From Azolla caroliniana (taxonomy: Eukaryota; Plantae; Polypodiophyta): 64,000 nt of DNA. The stretch's first letter is position 1. The number at the start of each line of letters is the position of its first letter. Under the pieces are notes generated by a model. It was not told the origin of the DNA, did no database searches, and was given only the letters and a program-made list of their open reading frames with translations. The stretch is taken from contig JBHGNT010000018.1 in assembly GCA_043228905.1 (NCBI GenBank), forward strand, positions 17,856,001 through 17,920,000, in the 5' to 3' direction. The translations under genes and the position numbers were made by a program. Shown here piece by piece: positions 36,177 to 47,850 of this stretch.

Positions 36177-37184
36177 TTTCATAACTTGACCTCTCTTATT
36201 TTATGGGTAAAAAACAAGAGAAGTACCTATTGCAAGCAATCAAAACAACTAGACACAACTCTAAGAAACTATGTTTTTTGGCTTCCCTCTATCACATGTT
36301 CGACCAACACACCACACCCACGATGTTTGATTTGGAGGGGGTGGGGAGAAGGGAGTGGACACCTTTTTCTAAGTAAAAACTAGTAGGAATACCCTTTTAC
36401 AAGGAATCTATAACAACTAGACGCATGTTATTGAAAACTACGATATTTATAGCTCTACCGTAGCACACTTTTAGGCATAAGAATTGAAGAAGTACCTCCT
36501 AAATCAGTATGCCCAATTCGTTGCAATGGCATGATGCACATTTCATCATAAGAATTAAAGAAGCACCTCATAGGTATGCCTAATTTGTCGTGATGTGATC
36601 AAGTCCTGGGTTCTACAATTAGCGCGTGCATGATTGGACCTTCCTCTAGAAACACTAGAATACACGTAAAAAAAATGCTCCAAGCACTGTGCTCTCGAGA
36701 GAGTGTAGACGCGGTTGCTTGCGCAAGTATCAAACCAAACCAAAACAGTTCAATATACAACAAGGAACAATCTCAAGAGGGGTACTCAGAAAAAATAGAG
36801 AAAAGGGTATTTTCTGATATTAGTGAGAAATATTATTACATGGGGGGAGGTAATTCTTCTAATTTCTTTTTGGAAAAAATAATTAAAATATTTCTTCTAA
36901 TTTCCTCAAAAATATAATTAAGTAGACTGATGAGAGGGGCAGGGGATGGATGGGATGCCTTATTTTTCTCTGCTAATACATATTCAAACTTAATTTTAAT
37001 TTTTTTTTTCCTTCCAAAAACCAATAATTTAATTTAATTAATATTTAAAAATGCCCACTTCTCCCCTGTTCTTCCTTTCCTCACATGGTCTCTGTGTTTG
37101 TGGTCTCAATGATATAACAGACCAGAGAGAAGAAGGAATCATTTCCTCTGTCTATCTCCTGAGAAACAGAGCTTGATCCAGGCC

Positions 37185-40100
37185 ATGGTGTGGGTGTATG
37201 TAACCGCGCTTCTTGTGCTCGGTCTCATCTTCCTTCAGTCTTCTTCTCATCGTCCCTCCTCCCTTCGATCGGATCAGCTCTTGTCGGGCCATCGATATGT
37301 CGCCACGCCGGGCCAGGTATGCTCAGAACAGGAACTTGTCGGAAAAAGATAAAAAAAAAATCATGACCTTTTTGTGTTGATTATGTAGTAGATGACAAAA
37401 GAACATCTGTGGAAAAGAATTCATGACCTTTTTATGGCGACTCTAGGTATTTTGCTCAGAGAAGAAACTCATCGGATAAGCAAAATCAGGACCTTTATAA
37501 TGAATGGACATTTTCTCGAAAAAGAAACACGTTGGAAAGCAAAGTCACGAACTTCATGTTTAATAGCTATTTTCTTGGAAAAAACACATTGGAAAGCAAA
37601 ATCTTGACCTTAATACTGAATAGGCGTGTTCGAAAAAACACATAGTAAAGCAGAAACCATGGTCTCTATGGTCAATGAGCACACACTCAACTTGGCCAGG
37701 CCAGAGAAGTCACTAAAATTCTACAGATAGGGTTATTGCTATTAATTGGCTTATTGGCTAGGTATTAGAACTCATTAAGAGGTGATGGGTGCACCGATTA
37801 ACATATTGCCCCAATCAGCTAAGTTGTCTACGAGTTAGTGACGAGCTCCACACATATCCCATATCTAGAAGTATGTAAAAATCTTGTCATAGGCCAGTTA
37901 GCATATAGGGTGGATAGGATATGGTTTGGACTACTCCTGTTATTGGATGTATTGAGTGAAGGCCCACCCTTTGAAGCACACTCCATGCATACATCTAACT
38001 AAGCTCTAGAAATTGTTTAGAGGCATATTGTGGAATCTGCTCATGACATGGATGTCCCCTCCTCTATGATGATAGTGATGGTTGGCTATGTCTCATATGC
38101 ATCTTTACATCCCGTGGATGTATCAGTTGCCTTTGGGCATTGTATGGATGCACCCAATCTTTCAACAAATGGGTTCTGAGCTCGGGAATGTGGATGGGTT
38201 GGAAAGACATAATCTGTATCTTCTATTTGGTCTTCTCAAATAATTATGTTATTAATGCAATCAGGAAAACCCCCGAATGGTAACATAATTCTAGCATTTC
38301 CAAAATCTGTCTGGTTGTGGAGATGGGCATGATTTCCATTTTGGATTGATTTGGTCATTTCTGTATGTCACTGCAACAAATAAGGATCTAGAGTATGTAA
38401 ATAAAAAAATGTTATAATATCCTGCAAACAAATTGGCCTCTATAATTTTTCGGAAGTTTTGAAATTGCTTATTGGAAGGTATTCTTGAACTTGCTATGTA
38501 TAAGTGGGCTTCAAATTTTTGGGATAAGCATTTGATTGCCTGTTGCAAATGATCTAGTATTGTAGCTCTGGAATCTCTCATAAATAGGAAATTCCGTACA
38601 TTGATAATGTAGTGCAATCATGATTTTCTTTTGTGTGATAGTTCCAAGCATGTACACATTTTTGGTCTTCTATAATTCCATCTAATCCACCTCATTCACA
38701 TTGATTAATTAATTTTGTAAACTACATACTGAGCCATAAACGCAAATACCATGCATGCCTTTGTCTAACAAACAGGGCTTTGAAATAATTACACGCATTT
38801 TATGTGTAGTCTGACATTGGACAGCCATTTTTCAGTTTATCATTTGTTTTGTTTGAGCATCTTCTGATCATAACAGGGAATGCCAATTTCTGGTTCCATG
38901 CTATCCATTAAACATGTCCCATGTGTTTATAAGTCCATGAGAAACAGACCAAAACCTCTTTTGACAAGCTCCACCTTGAGCATTGTATATCCTTTGTTCA
39001 TAAACATGTAGACAGGGAAAATTCAAAACAACAGAAATCTTGAGATTATGCATGTTTTAAAGAATTTGGATGACCTCTGAAGTTTGATCATCATCACGCA
39101 CTCCTTGCAGATATTAGTCTGCTTTTCTGAGAGTAATGGGGGTAATCGTTTGTATTTGAATGTGAGACTGAGTTTGAGAAAAAAGAGCAGAGTTTTAGTG
39201 AGAGATGAATATTTTCAGGTACATGTATCACTAGCTGGATCCAATAGTATCAGGATATCTTGGGTTACTGTTGGCCCTCCAGCTCCCTCTGTGGTGGAGT
39301 TTGGGACAGTGTCTGCATCATATGATAAGGTTGCAGTTGGGAACAGCGATTACTACAGTTTCATGTTTTATAAGTCAGGCCAAGTTCACAATGTTGTCCT
39401 TGAAAACCTAAATTCAAGCTCTATTTATTACTACAAATGTGGAGGTGCAGAGCCAGAGTATGTTCTAAGAACCCCACCAGCACTTGGTTCACAAAATGAA
39501 GTAACTTTTGCAGTTACTGGTAAGCGTTGATTTGTCTATATTGGATTTATATTACATTTTAAATATATATGTTTCATGCCACATTCTTTCAAAAGACTTA
39601 AAGGAATGCACATGTGTCACGGATGAACAAATTTATCTTAATGTTAAAGTGATTATTGGCACTGGAGGAACATTTCATGTCCAACATCAGCATTACTACA
39701 GATCGTTGGTATGATTAGTAGTTGTTTTGGTAAGAAATTAATAGGCTCTGTGTCCATTAGAATCTGTCTTTGCGCAGCTCCAGTTGCTTGTTTTGGATAG
39801 TTTCCTCACTCTTATTTGAAAAAGTTCATCGTGTTATGTAGAATTAATCAAATCTTGAGAAGATTTAGACATGGGTTTACATATTGGAGCGTGATATAAC
39901 ATTATGTCTGACTGTTGCAAAAGCTAGGTAAATAAAGTTGTCTTCTCTTTGAATGATTGTAGAAGTCCATACAATGTTTTCTCTTACAATGTGCCGAAAA
40001 CTTGAGAATCTCACATGTGCCGAAAACCAGATTCCCTCGTCTGTTTTTATCTTATTTACTTTTATATTTACTGAGTAATACTTATTTTATTTTGTTTTGT

Positions 40101-42349
40101 TGTTCTCAAAGACCAGACAACACTTAAGATGTAATCTCTTGTTTGGTCTTATAGGCCATTTTGGCCTCTTAAAAGATGTTAATATATCGTTCTTTCTTTC
40201 TTATGTGTTACTGTGCTTGATTTCCATGTTTCATTGTTGTTTTGGCATGCATAGTGAAAGAATGAATCTATAAGCATGTCGCATGTTAAAGTTAAATATT
40301 ACTTAACACAGACATTATACAGGTCATATTATATATTGCTTAACACAGATATTACACAGGTGACCTTGGACAGACAGATGAGTCTGCCTTAACTCTGAAG
40401 TATGTTCAACAGTCAAACTATGATCTCTTTCTACTTCCTGGGGATTTATCTTATGCCAATTACTATCAACCCTATTGGGATTCATTTGGTGACCTGGTTG
40501 AGCCATTGGCAAGTTTTCGCCCATTCATGGTCACACAAGGAAACCATGAAAAAGAGGAGATTCCATTACTAATAGACTCTTTTAAAGCTTACAATACTCG
40601 ATGGAAGATGCCTTATAAAGAGTGTGGATCTGATTCAAATCTCTATTACTCTTTTGAGGTTGGTGGTGTTCATGTCCTCATGCTTGGGTCTTATGCTGAT
40701 GTCAGCCAAGATTCGAATCAATATAAATGGCTTCAGGCAAGTTAAAATCCTGCTCATACTTTCCATTAACCTTGTTATCATGTGATATATGTCAATTAGA
40801 TTTTGTGTATTTTATTTACAAAAATACCCCAGGAGGATTTAAGGAAAGTGGATAGAAGCAGAACCCCATGGTTGATTGCAGTTCTACACGTACCTTGGTA
40901 TAACAGCAATTATAAGCATCAGGGCGAAGGTGATGCAATGATGAGATCTATGGAGTCTCTTTTAAAAGAAGCAAACACAGACTTGTTGATTGCGGGCCAT
41001 GTCCATGCCTATGAGAGAACTGTAATGAGTTTCTTTTCCATATATATTTTTAACTATATAGTGTTTTGTAGTCAGGTTAATATGTTGACACACCATATTT
41101 TTCCTATTCATGCAGTCCAGGGTTTTTGATGGAAATCTGGATGAATGTGGAATTGTTCATATAACTGTTGGGGTTGGTGGAAACCGAGAAGGACTTGCTC
41201 AGAAGTAAAAATTTGCATCATTTTAACAAATGTTTGGAATCATAAAAAATGAGTTTTTAGACCCTGATGTTTTTTGTTGTTTGACTAAACTCTAGGGGGG
41301 TAAGTGGTAGTTTATTAACCCATAGACCTGTGTTCAACTCAGTAATTTACTAGATGGCAGTGCAGAATGTGTAGGTTGACTGTATGATCATTTGTTCTTC
41401 ACAGGACAACCTTACCAACAGAGCTGCACCTGTTTGGTCATGAATCATGAGTTGTGGTTGTTCCAACCCCTTATAGCACAAATTACACTGACCTAGTTAG
41501 GGTTTGGTAATCATGCATATTGCTGAAGCTTAGGAATGATCATTGTGATTGTGGTCGTTAGGATTTAGTGACTTTGGAGTTCAGTCCATGGATGTTTTGT
41601 TTTGTAACAGTGGTTATTTCGTTGACGGAATCGCTTCTGTCATCTGATGATAGTGGCATTTCTTTCGAGTGTTCGTTTCTTTTAATCGTGCTGTGGTAAA
41701 CAAGCAATCTCTAAATTAGTTAAAGATAATAGCTGGTGGTTGGTTCCTATTTTATTTATTAGCTTCACCTAAATTAGTTTTTTAAAGTAGAAATTATCTA
41801 TTTGTGCACCATCAGAGTTCTGCTCTTCCTGTCATTTAGACTTCTATTATGTTTGTTTGCGTATGTGGGATAACTATGTTTCATTGAAGATTGACGGTGG
41901 TTTTATCTATGGTTCCCATCAGATATTAACTTGAAAAGAATGCCCGGATTTTCTGACTACATGCTTTGTTACATTTATATTTTCTCCATTGTAGGTTGTT
42001 TATTCAATTGTAATACCTTGGAAACTCTACTTTTTGTACATATCTGAATTGTTGGATAGGCCGACTTTGACCTTTAGTAGACATGAAAATAACTTCATTG
42101 CTTTTCTCTTTTTTCTGATCTTTCGTTTGCTTTGAATGATGCAGTTTCATACATCCAGTGCCTGAATGGTCAGTTCATCGCGATGCAAGCTATGGGCACG
42201 GTATCTTGAAAGTGGTTAATGCAACCCATGCACATTGGATCTGGCACCGGAATCAAGATAGTGCTGAACTTGATGCGGATGAAATCTGGTTAGAGAGCAT
42301 GTTGTCTAAGCCCATCTGCTCCAGACAAGCACTAAATAGATCTTTGTAA
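37185..42349 (+). CDS. Purple acid phosphatase (PAP18/PAP22-like), ~430 aa, with signal peptide
   Basis: Exons 37185-37316, 39219-39519, 40360-40736, 40833-41021, 41116-41204, 42145-42349 (1293 nt, in frame). All five metal-binding blocks are present: GDLG, GDLSY, GNHE, VLH, GHVH. Hydrophobic N-terminus and a QVHVSL FN3-like domain. Confidence 0.94.
37322..37675. repeat. Degenerate ~60-bp minisatellite (about 6 units) at the start of PAP intron 1
   Basis: Recurring core GAAAAAGAAAC...GGAAAGCAAAATCATGACCTT. Confidence 0.75.
39999..40200 (+). repeat. ~200-bp dispersed repeat in PAP intron 2
   Basis: Matches 32572-32777 (reverse complement) and partly 11545-11640 and 16600-16790. Confidence 0.9.
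40737..40832 (+). other. GC-AG intron in the PAP gene
   Basis: Donor CAG|GCAAGT; splicing gives QYKWLQ|EDLRKVDRSRTPWL as expected for PAPs. Confidence 0.88.
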
Positions 42350-43226
42350 TGCTATGTTTTCTCATCATATATATTCCACTATTCAGATTATGTACACTGT
42401 AACTATATATACGATAGTGAACATTCAGGCATATTGCAACTGGAAAGGCAGCATATTCGACTTTTAGTCTGCCTGTACATTTGTAAATATAATCATAACG
42501 TCAACTTAAAACTAAAACAGATCTGTCAGATACAACCTTCTAACACATGCTTGCCCAATGCTGGTTTTTTCTCAAATCAGATTGAATATTATTCAACTAC
42601 CAAAATAAATCAAATTTTAGCTCGGAGGACTATTCATTCGAGTTAGTATTTAGCATTTCTTGATTTAAGAGAAGATCAAGTTTGATCAACATGGAAGCAC
42701 CTTTCGGAGTCCAGTGTATATAGTATGAAAAGTTTAGGAGCAAAACTCAAGTTCTATGAAAACATTGAAGCCGTTCCATCATCACAAAGTTTTCATGTGG
42801 TAACTTGATCAAAAAAGAAATAATTGGGAACCTTTAGACATTGATGTTATTGGAGAGCATTATAAATGGCTGGCTCTGAATTATAGTATGATCAGACACT
42901 TGACAGCAAGGGAAATAAGTATTTGAACCATGAGAGAGTATGTTAAACTATGTAGAGGGTGAGAAATCAGACAGAAAGGTTTTTTTTGCATAACACATCA
43001 AGGTAGCAAAAATGATAAGTTTGGAGTTTCAAGCACTAAGAAAACTCAAGACGATCCGATCTTAAACAAATATCAGCTTTGAGGTGCATCAAGGGACACA
43101 ATGCCTTAATAAGGCCGTGACAATTCATCATACTTTTGTAAGAGAGCATACTAGGCAACATCAAAACATTATAATTGACAAAGGCATCATCCACCCAATT
43201 CATGTACTTCCAATCAAAATGCTTTC

Positions 43227-44147
43227 AACATGAGAATCAGAGTATGTTGAATCATCGATTACCACATCTTGCTTGGAATGTTGGATATAAGCTACAAAAG
43301 AATCATAAAAGTAAGATTCTGTCATCCGGTTGGGTTGTTGACATGGTTTAGAAGATGGGGTTTGGATGATCTTTTAGAACATGAGAATCAAAGTATGCCG
43401 AATCATCGATTACCACATCTTGCTTGGAATGTTGGATGTAAGATACAAAAGAATCATAAAAGTAAGATTATGTCATCTGGTTGGGTTTTTGACATAAGGA
43501 AATGGTTTAGAAGATGGGGTTTGGAAGATCTTTTAGAGCTTTCGGGCAATGCTATGCAGTATGTAATGAGTGAGGAAAGGTTGGTGGAATCATTAAGGAT
43601 GAAGTGGGAAGATGCTAAGAGGACAAAACTAGAATACTACATTGTAAATGTCAACCCTCAATGTTGGTCTCAATATAAAGCAAGAATGCCTATTGATTGT
43701 ATCCAACCTTATCTCATTACCAATATGAGCAATAATGCTCGTAGAGCCCTTAAACTACTTCACACTCGATCTCACAAGTTAGGTATTGAAGTTGCACCAT
43801 GGTATCAAAGTGTGACTAATTTGAAGACATGCAAAATATGCAACAAAGGCATGGTAGAGGATGAATGTCACTTGCTCTTCACATGCTCGACATATAGTGC
43901 AGTTCGTTCAAGATATGCTGACATACTAAGAGGGAGTGATAACTTAAGTGCCATACTTAAGACACCACCGAGAAGGTTGAGCTCATATGTGTATGATTTA
44001 TTCACACATAGAGACTTTGTGCTTCAATCTATGAATACCCCGTCTTAGGAAGGAGACACATATCAAGAACACATGTATACTCTGGTCCCATAGGTCAAAA
44101 TTGGCCTCTTTATGGACGATAAAAATTCTAATTCTAATTCTAATTCT
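43227..44147 (+). mobile_element. 5'-truncated RTE-like non-LTR retrotransposon (C-terminal ORF fragment 43269-44048)
   Basis: ORF has TRSHKLGIE and the CKIC..EDECHLLFTC..Y..VR zinc-knuckle typical of LINE ORF2 C-termini; (AATTCT)4 tail; ~151-bp tandem duplication at the 5' end; possible short TSD CTTTC. Confidence 0.88.
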
Positions 44148-45868
44148 CTTTCTCTCTCTCTTTGGTAAAAGCACACAATTGTATTAATTGTATGTAAAAT
44201 CCACTTAGTTAAACCACTTCTTAGTCCCCTCTACCCATCATATGCCTATGTAGGGAGAGGGACGTCTCGTAATGCTATTAAAAAACCTGAATATGCATTT
44301 GAGGAAATAATGCCCACATACTCTTTAACATCCAAAAATTCCACATGAGAATACCTTTCAGCTTCTTTATATAGCCTTTCACCCCATGTCTATTATCAAA
44401 CATGAAAACATTACACATATTCCAATTGTGTTGTGGACCCTAATAACGTAAAAATTGGAACAATATCTCCATCTCATCATTTGAACCATTTTGAACATAT
44501 TGATAAAAAACCCATTGTTGAGGTCTCAAACAACAACGGGTTAAAACTTGCCAAATAGTACACGCCATAGGACATTTACTGAACTAATGTACTATCCTCC
44601 AATGGAACGGTGCAAAAGAAACAAGTGCCAGACCCTAGTCCTCGTCTGCCGAACCTAATGGGAGCCCACCAATCATATGACTCCATATGAATACCTTTGC
44701 ACGAAATGGTAGATGGGAATGCCAACCACGTTGTAATATTTTCCACCACCTTGCATCTGACTTCTACAACTTCGCTACTTTAGGAGATAACCAAGATAAT
44801 GATGCCATCACATAATGATACAATATATTGACCTGTAACAAGCGTGTACCATCTTGTAACCGCCAATCTACCCAAGGTGCAAAATTTGTTTTCAATGACA
44901 CATATCCTTGCAACAATGGTATATCTTGTAATTTCTCCCAAATAAATCCATAATCTCTCTCTCTCTCTCTCTCTCTACTTGAAAGGCATTCTTATGTTAG
45001 GCACCAACCATTGCATATTGGATCTTCTTAAGATGACCCCAAAATATCAACACAACTTTCTCTATAGTTGCAAATGATACATTTCACATCTTATTAGCAA
45101 CGTTTGGATATATCCTACACTTGTGCCAATACTTTTCAATCAATTGAGTCCACATCTACACTCGCACATGGAATGGAATGAGGAAATTCTTCTTCCAAAA
45201 TCTCACACACGCTCTTATAATGAGTCATTGATGACATTCCAAGCACAACATTTTCCCAAAATTCACACATGCTTTTCACAATGAGTTACTGACAAAATTC
45301 TTGACACACCACTTCGCACAATTTTACAAGACCATCTCTAAATGTGATTGTTTCTCAATTTTGTTCATGATCAATATTGGATCCTCTCGAGGACTTGAAC
45401 AGATATGGTCATAACTTTAACACCATGGACCAATCAAGTGGCATGAGCATATGTCAACATTAAAAATTCAATAAAACTGAGTTGATCCATTGGCCTGTAA
45501 TGTGTGGAATCTGGATAGAGTAGATATCGAAACATAGGATGCTCTAGTTCAATAGGCCTTAAGATTAAATAGAAAACGACAATTCGAGAAAGGGAAGGAT
45601 GATATATGCATGAAGATAAAATATTACAATGAGTCATATCATGTCAAGAACGAGTGACATTGTAAAACTCGCTATAGATAAGTTCATAGCCAAAGTAACA
45701 AGAAAGCTTTTTAGCTATATTCCCTTATGTGTATACATTGTAAATGCAATTAGGAAACATCTATGAATCCCTCCATCCAATGGGGACACACCTTAAAAAC
45801 TCACAAGTTGAGATATTATGTCTCTCGTTAGAACATCTACAACTCTCTCCATCCAATGAGGACACACC

Positions 45869-46716
45869 TTAGGACTCGCAGGTTGAGACCCTGTGTCTCT
45901 TGTTAGAACTTCCAGGTGAGAGCTCCCCACCACCCGACCCATCCATGACAAGCCTCAAGGCCTCTTGGACATGTTTCTCCGATATGTCCTTGTCGTGTTC
46001 TCCAATGTCCTCTTTCACGGTGACTATGAATACATTCTTTATTCTCCCCCCCAAGGTTGATATCTCAGCCTTTAAAGTTCTAAGGCTTAGAGCATCAAGT
46101 GCATCCTTAAGGTCACTCATAAGGTCTGGCCTATCGTCACAACATAGAGATGCCCTCATCAATAGCTTTCCTTCCCCTGATGAAGCAACTTTCTCGACAC
46201 ATAGCTCGTCATGATCAGTGGGCATTGGGCCATATTCATAAATCTCCGAGACTTGTCGCTTTAATGTCTTGACTTGCTCGATCACTTCGGCGAGCAACGA
46301 AGCTTTGTCGGTCTAACAATCAATAGGGTTTAAATAAATAAAAAATGAGAAAGATAATGAAAGACACACTAGACAACCTCCCATCACACCTACTCATAAC
46401 TACCAAGGATTAAATTAAAACGCGCCTAACAATATCCATTAATTAGTACTTATGCTTGCTTCTAATCAAGATTAATAATGAATCGAATAGATTAATGTAG
46501 CATCTAACCGAAGCCGGCTTCTAACCAAGATTACTAATTAGTAGAAATCGTTTATGACTTTCTTAATTACTAACACAAACCCACTTTCTAAGTAGATGCA
46601 TGATTAGTAAATTAAGGTAATTAGTAAACACATGCTTCGGAGATAGATAGATAGATAGATAGATAGATACATACATACATACATACATATATACATAGAT
46701 AAATACACACATGCAT

Positions 46717-46751
<35 letters not shown>

Positions 46752-46763
46752 TACATACATACA

Positions 46764-46795
<32 letters not shown>

Positions 46796-46819
46796 CACAT
46801 GCATACATACATACATACA

Positions 46820-46850
<31 letters not shown>

Positions 46851-47850
46851 TTCCTAGAACCAGAATGCAATGTTGGGGGGGATTATGTATACATATTTTT
46901 CTCTACTAAATCCCTAATGCAATGCATTTCACCATTACCTTGGTAGAGCTAGGGAGGAGAGTCCTCAATGTGCCGAGGTGCGTGTTGATGCGCTCGCGCC
47001 TCCGGCGCTCCGCCTCGCTATGGCTTTTCGAGGCGGCGAGGGCCTTAGCCTCCAGAAGCTCCTTGGGGGTCATCTTGGACGCATTCACGAGCTCACCCCT
47101 CGTGGTGTCGAGAACGAGGGATCCGCCATTAAGCGAGAGTTGTTGTGTAAGACTATTATGCCGAGGACCATGGTGGTGGTGATGATGATGATGCCGGCGA
47201 AGGCTATGGTCATCCGAATCCGGACCAAATCCATGGTAAAACTCAGAGAAATTAGCTCCTCCTCCTCCTCCTCCACCTCCTCCTCCTCCACCTCCTCCTC
47301 CGCCGCCTTCTCCTCGGAGATGGCCAAGCCAATAAGGAGAGGCGGCACCGCCATTGCCTCCGAGGGGATCCGGAAATCGCGAGAATGAATTTGTTTGTAC
47401 CAAGGCAGGAAAGTGTGGAGATTGATGACTAGGGGCACTATTTGTATTCGGATTCGTATTCGTATTCGTATTCGTATTCGTATTCATATTCATATTCGTA
47501 TTTGGATTTGGATTTGGATTGGTATTGGTATTACTACTACTATTACAGCTACCACTACTACTGCTACTTCCACCACTACTAGCATTGTATGTGAGCTCAG
47601 CCAGCATTTTGTGTAGGGCATTTGAAGAATTAGATATGGTTGTTGTTGCAGTGGTGGGCATGGTCACTATATTTGGCCAAAGACTGGCAGAGGAAGATTT
47701 TAGATCTCCATTCCCACTCATCATGCCTTCCATGCCTATCTGAATATATGAAGAATCCCCATTCAATTTATTAGACTCTCCCGAAACGATTAATCCGCCG
47801 CCCATCAATCCTCGATTCGGCCTCGACAACAATTCTAGTACTCCATTCAT
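45869..47850 (-). CDS. bHLH transcription factor, subfamily Vb (TMO5/bHLH30/bHLH32-like) with C-terminal ACT-like domain, ~451 aa
   Basis: Exons 46939-47850 and 45869-46312. ALAASKSHSEAERRRRERINTHL...STK|TDKASLLAEVI, PTDHDEL, ASLCCDDRPDL, KAEISTLGGR. Long low-complexity N-terminus; the start codon is inferred. Confidence 0.93.
46640..46848. repeat. Compound microsatellite (AGAT)n/(ACAT)n/(AC)n in the bHLH intron
   Basis: Directly visible. Confidence 0.95.

Noticed and set aside
37322-37675. CRISPR-like repeat-spacer pattern
   Set aside because: Eukaryotic intron; units are degenerate throughout, with no unique spacers and no cas genes.
46563-46909. ORFs such as MYVCMYVC..., SLSLSL... and ERERER... 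(also at 12227, 18633, 48387, 58107)
   Set aside because: Translations of microsatellites.
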